A DNA stretch of 64,000 bases from a virus (taxonomy: Duplodnaviria; Caudoviricetes), in IMG/VR virus record IMGVR_UViG_3300028591_000073, positions 128,001 to 192,000 of that record; one strand, written 5' to 3'. Below are positions 48,382 to 58,851 of this stretch, piece after piece (within the stretch, counting starts at the first letter, position 1; every line of letters begins with the position of its first letter). The position numbers were made by a program, and so were the translations under genes. The notes beneath the pieces were generated by a model that saw only the letters and a list, made by a program, of their open reading frames with translations, searched no databases and had not been told where the DNA came from.

Positions 48382-49263
48382 TCATTCGGCTGCTGTAGCT
48401 GCAAGAGCAGCTTCGACGCATTCAGACGCCACTCTGATTGCATCTTGCTTGGTGGCACAAGCCGCTATGCTCAGCCAGTTTGTCACAAACGTGACGCCAT
48501 CCGGCTTCTGGTCAAGCCATTTCGCCGGAAGTTTCCAGGCGGGGTCTACGACCTGGATGTTGTAGCTGCCCGGGTCGCGACCCGGGAACACGGCCATTTT
48601 CAGACCATGTTCCTTGGCATACGCCTGCCAAGGTACAAACTTATCCATCACAAGGATGGAATCATTCAGTACCTGTGCATGTTCTGCCAGCCAGCTTGCT
48701 GCCTTTGCAGCAGACAGGTCTTTTTCAATGGCATTCACGAGAGCAGGTGTTAGCCAGTCCACCGCTCTCATAAATGCATCGTTGGGATTCTCGTCAGAAT
48801 CCCAAGTGGGATAGAAGTCACGGACCGTCGTCCATGCCGGCGTCCAAACGACCCCCGTATCATGGAGGTCGATGGAATGGATGATACTACTCAACGTGGG
48901 GAACTCATCCTTTCTTCCCCACGCCTCCCACAAGAGGCCCACGGCAGCGTGGACTTCATCGTGAGGTGTGCCTCTCTTCAGGAGGATACTGCCATCCTCC
49001 TGCACCACCTCTTCGTCCTTGATAGGACGATACTGGTGGTGGTCAAATAAGGCCACCCCATCATGCTGACGGCCGACATCAGCGATGATGTGCTGCACAT
49101 CTGCAGCTTTCACATCCGGGTTGTTATTACGAATGATGAGTACATCCGGAAACTGCAGACGCAGCAGTGCTGCGACTGCAACATCATCGGCATGAAACAT
49201 GCCGGAATGTACTGTAACGGATTTTACTGCGGATGTAAAATTAAAAAGATTATAAGTAGCCAT
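48382..49263 (-). CDS. MYG1-family (DHH-like) nuclease/hydrolase
   Basis: HSGMFHADD, ADVG, FDHHQ, AVGLLW, IDLHDTG; GC clearly above flanks; start ATG 49263 after AAAGGAG. Confidence 0.85.
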   Translation of the reverse strand: MATYNLFNFTSAVKSVTVHSGMFHADDVAVAALLRLQFPDVLIIRNNNPDVKAADVQHIIADVGRQHDGVALFDHHQYRPIKDEEVVQEDGSILLKRGTPHDEVHAAVGLLWEAWGRKDEFPTLSSIIHSIDLHDTGVVWTPAWTTVRDFYPTWDSDENPNDAFMRAVDWLTPALVNAIEKDLSAAKAASWLAEHAQVLNDSILVMDKFVPWQAYAKEHGLKMAVFPGRDPGSYNIQVVDPAWKLPAKWLDQKPDGVTFVTNWLSIAACATKQDAIRVASECVEAALAATAAE

Positions 49264-49419
49264 AAGGCTCCTTTCCACCTTTGCAGGTGTACCGACTTAT
49301 GGTCTCGGGTAGACCTAAAATAACGAACAGAAATATTCAGTGATTGCTTTCTAAGTTTGATCCGTTATGTCGTATTTGACTTCCTATAAAGATAGGTGTG
49401 ATCATTAATACTAGCAATT

Positions 49420-49460
49420 TGATATATTTCTATATCATACAAATAATATCTATATGAAAA
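49420..49460 (-). promoter_or_regulatory. Putative phage promoter with 5' hairpin upstream of MYG1
   Basis: ATAGATATTATttgta then TGATATAGAAATATATCA. Confidence 0.5.
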
Positions 49461-49482
49461 ATTAAAAAAATAGAAAAATGGA

Positions 49483-49506
49483 AATCCCCGGCATATGCCG
49501 GGGATT
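49483..49506. terminator. CATATG-centred palindrome
   Basis: AATCCCCGGCATATGCCGGGGATT. Confidence 0.7.
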
Positions 49507-49511
49507 GTTAG

Positions 49512-49772
49512 TTACCATTTCTGACCACCACTCAACCATGGGTTTACCACGCCAGACTGTTGTGGTGTTCCAGTCTGTTCTCTTTGAAGTTGTTCTCTGT
49601 CTGCTTTCCATACGGTCGGATATACTTGGTGTGTATTGAATGGAAGTGCACCCTTTACAAGCATATCTTCTAATATGGAAGCAAAGTCAGGATTGCCCTC
49701 ACATAAATGTGCGGGTGTTGTTGTCTCACCATACATGTTATCCATGGCTGTTGCATCTGTATAAATATACAT
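49512..49772 (-). CDS. Hypothetical protein
   Basis: 86 aa, AAGGAGATGA RBS. Confidence 0.55.
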   Translation of the reverse strand: MYIYTDATAMDNMYGETTTPAHLCEGNPDFASILEDMLVKGALPFNTHQVYPTVWKADREQLQREQTGTPQQSGVVNPWLSGGQKW

Positions 49773-49844
49773 AACATATCATCTCCTTCTGAATGTGTTT
49801 TGGAGTATTGTTCTCCTCATTCATGGAAATGATATATCTATGAA

Positions 49845-51638
49845 TTATGCATTTTGTATCACTTGAACCAATTGATTCAATGTTCCAATATCAGCAGCAA
49901 CTACCTTTGCAAGTGTCGAATAAGATTTCGTTACGACTTTCATGTATTCAATGCAATTATTATATACCTTTATTTTCGTGCGATAAATGGAGTTGTTGTC
50001 ATTCTCCAATCCTTCCAATTCACCAACAAAGTTATTTGTAATATCTGTCCAAAATGCAACAGTCTGTGAAATGATATCTAATATACAGAAATAGTTTTTG
50101 AAACCGGAGATATCGATACCTTGTGGAGTTTTTGCAGCATTCTCAATACCATTTCCAAAATGACGCAACTGTTGTTCATCTGCTGGGAAGGAATCAAAGA
50201 ATAAGTTCGCAACACCGGCAGCATTCTGTTGTGTCACAACAACTTTGGTTTTCATCAAATCCAATTGTTGTAACCGTTTCAAACAAGTCAATGCCGGAGG
50301 TTTCTGTTGATATTTTGGATCATGAGCTTGGAATATTTGTCCAACAGAACCAATTACATTTGCATATCTTCCATTTCTGATTTCAGACAACTTAACAACC
50401 TCTTGTGTTAACCAGAATGCCATATTTGCGAAATACATTAATGGTTCAATTTCCATAGAAGAAGTACGATCATTCCACAAGTATAACATAACACCATTCT
50501 TGAATAATGCACCAATTCCTCTGTTCTTAACAAACTTTGCCAATGCATAAATACGGTGGTTTGTTTTTTCAACAATAGAACGAATCAGATTTGTTACTTT
50601 TCGAATGAGTTTGATGATACCTGCAAATGCACCGACAATCAAATGGAAGCCGGACATCTTTCTGGAGTATACACGGTCTGCAGTTGTTGCAATTTCTTCT
50701 TGGAAGATCTGTGGCTGTGCTAGTTTCATGACACCTTCGGTAATATAATCATCCGTGGAATATTCCAATACAAACTGTACGGTTTCCATATACAAGAATC
50801 CACGTTCCATTTCTTCCACAGCTTCTTGGATTTCTTTATTCTCCACTTCAACATTACCAGCATCATCTTTTGAAATAGAAGTAACATGCAGATTGAATTT
50901 GTCAACTGCTGTTGCCATGGCAGAACCTTCATCCATGCCCATGGCCAATAATTCTTCATATTCCTTACGGATATCTGGATCCTTGGGTTTATATTCTTCG
51001 CCAGTGATTTCTGCTTTTGCAAACAAGAGCTGTTCCATATGATATCTTTCTTCATCTGCAATATCTGAATACAAACGCTGAAGAATATCCACTTTGGATG
51101 TCTTGGCAGCTTCCAAATAATCTGATAAAGCCTTTGCTTCATCTGCAACAAACTCCATGACTTTGGCAACTTCAGCTGGATCATATTGATTGTTGGGGAG
51201 ATCATCGCCGCCATGTTGGCCGAATGTGCTCATATCATCTTCATTATCATCTTCGATTGGAGTGTCTGTTGGAGTTTCGGTATCTTCATCTTCAGTTTCT
51301 TCCGGAATTGTACCATTAATTCCATCAGTTTCCACAGGAGCTTTGTTATCGGTATCTTCACCTTGCATATCATCTGTTGTATCTGTGGTATCATTCATGT
51401 TGTCATCTAATGATGCATTGTCAGATGTTTCATCATTCACTTCCGTATCAGAGTCAACATCTTCTTCGGAGTCTTCTTCTCCATCTTCCTGATAATAGCT
51501 ATCGTTCATGGCTTCAAAGAAAGCATCCAGACCACGTGCAGAACCAGACGGAATTAAACGATTTGGTTTCTTTCTCTGAGTTTCGAATTGTTCTTCTCTC
51601 TGTCTACGTGCAAATGTTTCAATGGATCTATCCATCAT
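49845..51638 (-). CDS. Probable virion protein containing a ferritin/rubrerythrin-like helical module
   Basis: DEAKALSDY...LYSDIADEERYH (ExxH); YYQE, IQEA and FQEE motifs. Confidence 0.6.
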   Translation of the reverse strand: MMDRSIETFARRQREEQFETQRKKPNRLIPSGSARGLDAFFEAMNDSYYQEDGEEDSEEDVDSDTEVNDETSDNASLDDNMNDTTDTTDDMQGEDTDNKAPVETDGINGTIPEETEDEDTETPTDTPIEDDNEDDMSTFGQHGGDDLPNNQYDPAEVAKVMEFVADEAKALSDYLEAAKTSKVDILQRLYSDIADEERYHMEQLLFAKAEITGEEYKPKDPDIRKEYEELLAMGMDEGSAMATAVDKFNLHVTSISKDDAGNVEVENKEIQEAVEEMERGFLYMETVQFVLEYSTDDYITEGVMKLAQPQIFQEEIATTADRVYSRKMSGFHLIVGAFAGIIKLIRKVTNLIRSIVEKTNHRIYALAKFVKNRGIGALFKNGVMLYLWNDRTSSMEIEPLMYFANMAFWLTQEVVKLSEIRNGRYANVIGSVGQIFQAHDPKYQQKPPALTCLKRLQQLDLMKTKVVVTQQNAAGVANLFFDSFPADEQQLRHFGNGIENAAKTPQGIDISGFKNYFCILDIISQTVAFWTDITNNFVGELEGLENDNNSIYRTKIKVYNNCIEYMKVVTKSYSTLAKVVAADIGTLNQLVQVIQNA

Positions 51639-54600
51639 TCATCAGTCCTTTCGGTTAATTTCATAAAGAACACATGATCATCCTCATCACATACATTCCA
51701 ACCATATTTCTTGTACATGTGGAATGCTCGTTTGTTCTTTTTGTTTACGGACAAGTAGGTTGCACCAAAGTCATCTACGGCAATCTGTAAAAGATCCACG
51801 CCATAATCATGTCCCTGATATTCCTCTGATACTTCCAATGCGGTAATCCAACGTTGTCCATTAATCTTCTTCTCAACTGCAACATATGCTACGACAATAT
51901 GATTTTCATCAATATAAATTGCACCTTTTGTATTATCATTCACACGAACACGTCGCAATCCATGTTTAAACACACCTTGATCTTTGTATTTTTTGACGGA
52001 TTGTTCTGTTAATGGAATATAGTGATACTTCTCTTTCAAGGTATTATGATTTGTTCCCATATAAGATTCTTGTACAAATCCTTTGAGTGCAGATTCCATT
52101 TCCGATACGGACATGTGGATCTTATCATTATCGAAAAATGATTGATGGAATTGTAATCCTTCTTGCGTAAACAGTTGTGTTGCATTTAATAGATTAATGA
52201 TATCAAATGCGGTATTATCATCCATTTGTTGGATCTGCTCATTGATCTTCATGCCATCATCAGATAAATATTTATGATCTGACAAATATTGCCAATATGT
52301 TTTCATTGTCTTTGTTTGATGATTAATACGGATTTCATTCTTAATAAACTTGCCATTGAGATATACTTGATTGATGTATCCAACATACGTATCTCCATCA
52401 CGTGGTTCAAAGGAAGACACATCAATGAGATCTTGTTTCATAAGCTGTAAATCCTCTTGTGATAAATGTAAATCAAATGTTTGAATCAGATGAGATACAA
52501 CATCATCCATATTCTCAACTAAGAAGACACCATTCTTCTCATGGGTCAATGATGTTTCAATCAATACAATGGAATCTGTATCATTTGGAACAATGGTAAA
52601 CTGATGCCAAAATGACATGTCATTATTGTTGTGCTGTTCAACTGCAATAGACTCGGATTCTTGTTGGATACTTGTATCTTCATCTTCTTCGGGTGGTTGG
52701 GTGTGGTCAATATTACAATTCAAGAAGAAGGTTTGACATGGCAATCCTCGATCCTTCAACAGCTTCGCAACATAGAAAGAATGCTCGAAACATACACCAA
52801 GTTTGGATTGTTCCATTGATTGAATGGACTGAGAATGGTATGTGGAAATCATCTTCCAAGAATCTTTGAATGGAGATGCTGTAATACGTTCCCCATTCTC
52901 ATCTAAGCATCCATAATGTATCTGAGAAGCTTGTTGGAATACTTCTTGACATTGCTGTCTGAGAGAGTTGATGTCTACCGCTTCTTGAACAATTTTCCGA
53001 TTCTTCAATTCTTTTTTATAGAAATCATTGGAGAAGATTAAACTTTTGATCGTTTTAAAAGACCCTTCACAAAGACGATTGCATGTTGATAATAGCTCAT
53101 CATCTTCTTCATAATTGTGATTAATTACGTGCTGAATCTTTCCATTTTCATTTATCATGAAATGAATCGTAATATCAGACAAACGAATGTACTCATTCCA
53201 ATACGTGTCTTGAATATGTGATTCGATATATTTCTCCCATATTTTACGTTTAGACCAATCAAATGTGACACAATAATTTCCATCATCTTCTTCAATTTCA
53301 AATCCTTTATCTTTCAGATCGTAAATAGAATCATCAACACCCATTGCATATGATATACATTTATCATGATAATCTGCTTCTTGATAAGGATGATATTTTG
53401 GATCATCTGAATGCTGTCCAGTCCAATGTACTTTTACATCGACTTTCTTTTGATTAGACCAATCGATATGATCGATGTCATATATTAGATATTCTCTATG
53501 AGGAGACATCCAATCATATTTTCCGATATGATCTTTTAAATCCGAAATATCGACTTCATATACATATCCGCTCATATCCTTTGTGTGTTCGGTTTCATCA
53601 TTCAACCCTTCCACTTGCATGTGAATCTCATCAATATATTCATTTTTAGGATGAGCCCATTCGTCATAATGATAGTTAAATCTTCCATGAGGAATTCCCA
53701 ATTCTTCTTTATTCTTAGACACTGCAAAAATACATGCCAATGATTTGAATGGGGTTACAAACAATGGACGATCACAATCAATCCCATCTTTATATTCATT
53801 CGGTGTTCCAAAATAAACTTTGTCATATTTCAGATCTTTCACTTCATAGATCTTATCATGATTTGTTGCATTTGGATGTGTCGTTTGTATCGGATGATAT
53901 GCTTCTTGTACTTTTTTATCCAAGTATGGTTTCAATGATTCCCAGTTCTCCCAATCCATACCCAATTCCTTTACACGTTTCACAATGTTCTTTGCCAATT
54001 CTTCTTTGTATTCATCGGGTGCTTTATTAAAAAAACGAACGGCTTGTAAGACATGTTTCTCATCCGTCAAAGGATACTTCCTTAATTCAGGAATCCCAAA
54101 TTGAGAATCATCCAAATCATTTCTGTCATCGGTAGATAACTTTGCTTCTTGATACACTTGATCCCATGATGTAATCGGTTCTGTCATTGATGCAAGATGA
54201 ATGTTAATCTTCGGAATATATGGTAGCTTCACTTTGATACTAACACCAGGCACAAAATCACAAACCTCAATCATCGATATAAACAACATACGGAATGCTT
54301 GATACAAAGGGACTAATTTCACCATTCCTGGACTAGAATCAAATGCATCGATTGCCGTTTTTACCAACTTGAATCTCATATTTGTATTTGTACGAATATT
54401 CTTAATCCATGATGGTTCTTTATTCTTTTCCAAATGACCAGGCGGTAGCGTTTGTTTCAAATCATCAATGAATTGATCACGCCGATCATGTAGTTGATCA
54501 TACATCTTTTGGAACGGTTCTCCACCTACTTTTTTCATCTGATGCAATGTCATTAATGTTTTTTCCCACAACTTCTGATAATCTACAACTGCTTTATTGA

Positions 54601-56569
54601 TATCCTTTTGATAATCTTGGATCACTTTTGTTCGATCAGGAGGAGTTTGTACTTCCTCTTGATATACATCATCTGCTGATTCATTATCATAGAACTTGTC
54701 CACATAAGAATCCATGATCTTATCCAATATCTTATGAGATGCCTTTTCTGTCAAATTACCAACTAACTTATCACCAATATGATCATTAATGTGTAATTCA
54801 CGTTTCTCATATTCCCACACATCCATCATTTTCTGAATGACAATTTTCACACCACCACGATTGAAATTTCGATTTAAGTCAATAATATTATCTCGAATTT
54901 CATAAATCAATCGATCGATGTATTGACGGTGAGACATACTACGTTTTTCTGGTTTACGAGCAAATCCCAAGCGAGAAGTTTTGATTGGTACCTCGGTATA
55001 GTCTTCTTCAATGTTATCATAGATCTCTGCTAATTTATTATACAAAGAAGCCAATCTTTGCACGATTTCACGTTTTGTCATATGATTCATTTCTTTCCGA
55101 AGATATACGATCTCCGAATTGAAGCTCATGGCACGTTCAAAGTTCTTCTTTTCCTCATATGTTGCATCCGTATGTCTCCAACCGCTGACACCTCTACGTG
55201 AAAATGCAGCTGCTTCTTGATATACATCATCGAAATCACTCTCCAAAAAAGATTCTTTCATTGGCCTTGTTGGAGAAGTGCTTGCTGTATTGATAATATC
55301 TTTTAAAAGATTAATATACAACGTGGAACCTTTTAATTGCAATTGTAATTCAATTGTAATATATCTCACATACTGTTGAAATGCAGGAGATTGTTGTACA
55401 TTTGGATTCAATTGTTGCTGTTGATCCTTGATAAATTGATTTGTTGACGTAAGTGCCTTATAGCATGGCCCAATCATTTTTGTATATTGTTGAATCACCT
55501 GATCAATTTGTTGTTTGGAATATACATCCCTTGGTCTATTTTGTGTTGAAACCGCTTCCAATTGTTTGTATTTTGCAAGAACCTGTTGATCTTGTTCAAT
55601 CAACTTTTGATATTCTGCACCTTTCGATGGGTCAAATTTTGAATATCTATCGGCATTTTCAACATGAGGAGCTTGTTGTAATGAAATCATTATGGACTCA
55701 AAATTTATTTTATCCAATGCAATTTTTGAATAATTTAATTGTAAAGCTCGTTGTGTCAATTGTTGCACTTGTTTATTCTGATAATTAGCAGAAATTTGAT
55801 TGATCATTCTGGAGATCCAATTCTTGATACGATCCCACGTAGATACTTGATTCACACCATTATCATATCCATTATGTGGAACATTAGTTTGTTTTACTTT
55901 CCCAGATTCCATAAAATAAGATTCCAATAAATATTCAATTTCATAATCATAATTGAAATCCAACACATCAGATTCTTCCACAATTTGGGGTTGTTCTTTT
56001 TTCGTCATATCATCAAACACCCACTTTCCATGTTCAATCATCCAATCCATATATTCACCAATTTCACAACCATATTTTGGATGGCTATTTGTGTATTCAA
56101 AGACAGAGTATTTCACTCCATTCAAATGTTCTTTGTTTCTAGAACCTCGAAAACATCCCCATGCTGCCATCTTTAATAAATCTCTCAATTTAGAAAAAAT
56201 ATGAACACCTTGAGAATTCTTCATGGAAGATTCTACCCAAATAAACTTCCCTTCTGTTTCGATGACAACAAAAGTGTGTGTATCATAATCAGGAGGTGTT
56301 TCGGTAATTAAATAGAATTTACGACATGAGACATCGCGTTCTTTCAACCATGCCTCTTCATATTCGACATAATCAAAACAAATTCCACCACCATTTTGTT
56401 CAAACTCATCAGGAGATTGGAATCGATAATATTTCGCAATGTCTTTGTTGGATACATGTGTCTTCAGTTTTCCGTCTTTCGCAATACCATACTCAAAATG
56501 CTTGTCGAGATGTTTATACAACTCTTCACACAGTTTCTTTGTTTCCTTTAATGAACCCACATCTATCAC
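51635..56569 (-). CDS. Multidomain probable polyprotein: two transglutaminase/papain-like modules, DUF6582-like module, C-terminal GNAT acetyltransferase
   Basis: GICFDY...HTF...VES and GVCFEH...HQF...IET; FGIPELRKYPLTDEKHV; LEVSEEYQGHDYG...NKRAFHMYKKYGW; repeated [YV]QE[AS]. Confidence 0.7.
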   Translation of the reverse strand: MIDVGSLKETKKLCEELYKHLDKHFEYGIAKDGKLKTHVSNKDIAKYYRFQSPDEFEQNGGGICFDYVEYEEAWLKERDVSCRKFYLITETPPDYDTHTFVVIETEGKFIWVESSMKNSQGVHIFSKLRDLLKMAAWGCFRGSRNKEHLNGVKYSVFEYTNSHPKYGCEIGEYMDWMIEHGKWVFDDMTKKEQPQIVEESDVLDFNYDYEIEYLLESYFMESGKVKQTNVPHNGYDNGVNQVSTWDRIKNWISRMINQISANYQNKQVQQLTQRALQLNYSKIALDKINFESIMISLQQAPHVENADRYSKFDPSKGAEYQKLIEQDQQVLAKYKQLEAVSTQNRPRDVYSKQQIDQVIQQYTKMIGPCYKALTSTNQFIKDQQQQLNPNVQQSPAFQQYVRYITIELQLQLKGSTLYINLLKDIINTASTSPTRPMKESFLESDFDDVYQEAAAFSRRGVSGWRHTDATYEEKKNFERAMSFNSEIVYLRKEMNHMTKREIVQRLASLYNKLAEIYDNIEEDYTEVPIKTSRLGFARKPEKRSMSHRQYIDRLIYEIRDNIIDLNRNFNRGGVKIVIQKMMDVWEYEKRELHINDHIGDKLVGNLTEKASHKILDKIMDSYVDKFYDNESADDVYQEEVQTPPDRTKVIQDYQKDINKAVVDYQKLWEKTLMTLHQMKKVGGEPFQKMYDQLHDRRDQFIDDLKQTLPPGHLEKNKEPSWIKNIRTNTNMRFKLVKTAIDAFDSSPGMVKLVPLYQAFRMLFISMIEVCDFVPGVSIKVKLPYIPKINIHLASMTEPITSWDQVYQEAKLSTDDRNDLDDSQFGIPELRKYPLTDEKHVLQAVRFFNKAPDEYKEELAKNIVKRVKELGMDWENWESLKPYLDKKVQEAYHPIQTTHPNATNHDKIYEVKDLKYDKVYFGTPNEYKDGIDCDRPLFVTPFKSLACIFAVSKNKEELGIPHGRFNYHYDEWAHPKNEYIDEIHMQVEGLNDETEHTKDMSGYVYEVDISDLKDHIGKYDWMSPHREYLIYDIDHIDWSNQKKVDVKVHWTGQHSDDPKYHPYQEADYHDKCISYAMGVDDSIYDLKDKGFEIEEDDGNYCVTFDWSKRKIWEKYIESHIQDTYWNEYIRLSDITIHFMINENGKIQHVINHNYEEDDELLSTCNRLCEGSFKTIKSLIFSNDFYKKELKNRKIVQEAVDINSLRQQCQEVFQQASQIHYGCLDENGERITASPFKDSWKMISTYHSQSIQSMEQSKLGVCFEHSFYVAKLLKDRGLPCQTFFLNCNIDHTQPPEEDEDTSIQQESESIAVEQHNNNDMSFWHQFTIVPNDTDSIVLIETSLTHEKNGVFLVENMDDVVSHLIQTFDLHLSQEDLQLMKQDLIDVSSFEPRDGDTYVGYINQVYLNGKFIKNEIRINHQTKTMKTYWQYLSDHKYLSDDGMKINEQIQQMDDNTAFDIINLLNATQLFTQEGLQFHQSFFDNDKIHMSVSEMESALKGFVQESYMGTNHNTLKEKYHYIPLTEQSVKKYKDQGVFKHGLRRVRVNDNTKGAIYIDENHIVVAYVAVEKKINGQRWITALEVSEEYQGHDYGVDLLQIAVDDFGATYLSVNKKNKRAFHMYKKYGWNVCDEDDHVFFMKLTERTDE

Positions 56570-56580
56570 CTCTTCTTATA

Positions 56581-56652
56581 TATTATACTATATACACATT
56601 GACCTCCGGTCAATTTAATACTATACATGAATATTTAGAAAATAATAGTTTG
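56581..56652 (-). repeat. Diverged third copy of the 43205/63919 promoter-leader element
   Basis: Shares ATTGACCTCCGGTCAATTTAATA, ATACATG and AATAATAGTTT. Confidence 0.8.
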
Positions 56653-56667
56653 TTTACACAGGAACTA

Positions 56668-56685
56668 CGGGGGCATGAGCCCCCG
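56668..56685. terminator. GC hairpin of the palindrome family (variant loop)
   Basis: CGGGGGC-ATGA-GCCCCCG. Confidence 0.6.
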
Positions 56686-56716
56686 CATATTCCCATATGT
56701 TTTCACTCGTTTGTGA

Positions 56717-56986
56717 TTAGAACCAACGGCCAATCTTCGGTGTTGTTGCTTCTGTATGCTTTGTATAGCCGTAAGTTGTGTCAGATCTTTCTTCCAATTC
56801 AATATCCGGGATGCCGTCATAAGACTTGAGAGCACCGTTACCACCAGAGATGATAGATTCCGGATTAAATGAATTGAATTTAGAATCAAAGAGGTCCTTG
56901 TAACCAGAGGAACCAGCATCATAGCTTTCCTGATAAGGTGCAGCACCATCAAGAGAGAATCCGTATTCGAAATCCTGTTCAAACAT
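56717..56986 (-). CDS. Small hypothetical protein, probably virion-associated
   Basis: AAGGAG RBS, PYQES motif. Confidence 0.6.
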   Translation of the reverse strand: MFEQDFEYGFSLDGAAPYQESYDAGSSGYKDLFDSKFNSFNPESIISGGNGALKSYDGIPDIELEERSDTTYGYTKHTEATTPKIGRWF

Positions 56987-57003
56987 AATCTTTTACTCCT
57001 TTT

Positions 57004-58398
57004 CTATAGATTAGATAATGCATTATCTGATTTATCATACAACATCTTCAGATAGTCATTGATATATAACTGGTTTACAGAAATAATCAATCGATATGTC
57101 GATGTGTAATTTACTGTTGTGAAAATGATTTTACGATGTACCCAATCAATGTCATATCCTTCCGTAATCAGTGAATGATTTTCACGTAGCATTACGGAGA
57201 TAAATAACTTTGGATCGATGTGATTTTCCAAATGATAGTCGATCATTCGTTCCAATGTTAACCCCAATACCGAACCGAATTCGATTTCTCGTTCATTCCA
57301 GTCCAATTTAATGATTGGGCGAGAATGGATTTTCCATCCATATGGCAATGGAAAATCTCTCTCGTTAAATGTATCCGAGAAGATTGGTATCGAGATTGAA
57401 CACGGTCTTGGTTGTAACACCCGATATGGTCCTGGATTTGGAACGGATAAGTCAAACATACCAATCGTGTTAAACTCACATCTCAATGTGAAAGTAATGG
57501 GGCAATCGCTTTCCACTAAGTTATTTTGTTTCGTCACCTGGGTATAGTTTAGGTCTGAAATCTTACATAATAACGATGTCATGTAGTAGGTATAGAATGC
57601 ATCCTGATGTCTTCCAGAAGAGAATCGATATGAAATGGGGAAAATAGAATTCATATTCAGATAATCTAAGAAACGTGCAACGCTTCCATGCTCATCTTTC
57701 ACAGGCATCTTTGCATATCGAGCAGTTTCTTCTAAGAATCCATCTGGGATTGCCAACTCCAAAGCAGTATCAATATCAAAAAAATGTCCATCCGTAGGTA
57801 TGCGGTTAATCAAATAAGAAGCCCATTTCAATTGTTCTGTTGCACTCTGGAAAGATAGTACAAAATCAAAATTGACAACAACACGATTGAGTTTACCACG
57901 CCATTCAATTCCATCTGATTTGGAGAAAAGTAATAACTCCATCTCAGACCGATTCCGGAATCTACTCGATGTAGTTTGCCAAAGTGTTGTACCAAAAGAT
58001 CCTGCAGCTAATCGATCATCGAGTCCGGATAAAGAAACACGTGGATTCACAATACACATTGGATATGGCATTGTCCGTATCTGTTTCGGAGTGTGACGCA
58101 ATTGTCGATGTGCGATCTTTGTAGAAGGCATAACCGTTTCAAATGTTCCATTTGGAAATTGATCTACCATGAATTGAAGTATGATTGCCGTCACATTACC
58201 AATGGTATGTACCATGTCAGTACCACTTTGGCATGCTAACGACAACGCATATCCATGTTTTAATCTTGGATCAGAAGGATTTAAACTATTATATTCATAA
58301 TGCATCCCAGGTCGATAAATGTTTTGATCAGTCAATCCCTCATTAAAATTGTTTCGGTTCTGATCATTTAACCGAGCATCATTATAATTCTGGCTCAT
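57004..58398 (-). CDS. Probable virion structural protein
   Basis: Long ORF following the baseplate-like gene. Confidence 0.55.
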   Translation of the reverse strand: MSQNYNDARLNDQNRNNFNEGLTDQNIYRPGMHYEYNSLNPSDPRLKHGYALSLACQSGTDMVHTIGNVTAIILQFMVDQFPNGTFETVMPSTKIAHRQLRHTPKQIRTMPYPMCIVNPRVSLSGLDDRLAAGSFGTTLWQTTSSRFRNRSEMELLLFSKSDGIEWRGKLNRVVVNFDFVLSFQSATEQLKWASYLINRIPTDGHFFDIDTALELAIPDGFLEETARYAKMPVKDEHGSVARFLDYLNMNSIFPISYRFSSGRHQDAFYTYYMTSLLCKISDLNYTQVTKQNNLVESDCPITFTLRCEFNTIGMFDLSVPNPGPYRVLQPRPCSISIPIFSDTFNERDFPLPYGWKIHSRPIIKLDWNEREIEFGSVLGLTLERMIDYHLENHIDPKLFISVMLRENHSLITEGYDIDWVHRKIIFTTVNYTSTYRLIISVNQLYINDYLKMLYDKSDNALSNL

Positions 58399-58399
58399 A

Positions 58400-58837
58400 T
58401 TAAGCAGAATGCTGTGCACGCGAAATCAGAATAGACATAATATTGGTTAATGTCGTTATATCATAATAACGAATTCGTTTAAAATCGAATTCTAAGATGG
58501 ATGGACATTTGTTCAATATCATGATCAGTCTCCACATGTTGGTGATTCCATATTTGTCATAAGAATATAACTTCGGATTGTATTTGTATTTGGCATCGAA
58601 ATCCTCGTACCGATACAAGTTTCCTCCAACATTATAGGAGTTTAATAATTCATAAAAATCTAATGGTAAATACTTAGTGATGATCTCCCATTTGTTAGGA
58701 GGTTGATAGTTATTCACCATCGGTTCTGTTTGCGGCACAGTCAATGTTGCACTTTCTGAGATATTTCCGATTGTGTATAGATCGGAGTTAATATAGCTCA
58801 ATAATGAGGGAATCGAGGTCTTTTCATCCGATGTCAT
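58400..58837 (-). CDS. Baseplate wedge-like protein (T4 gp53/LysM-like)
   Basis: YKYNPKLYSYDKYGITNMWRLIMILN pattern. Confidence 0.6.
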   Translation of the reverse strand: MTSDEKTSIPSLLSYINSDLYTIGNISESATLTVPQTEPMVNNYQPPNKWEIITKYLPLDFYELLNSYNVGGNLYRYEDFDAKYKYNPKLYSYDKYGITNMWRLIMILNKCPSILEFDFKRIRYYDITTLTNIMSILISRAQHSA

Positions 58838-58851
58838 GGAAACACCTCCAT

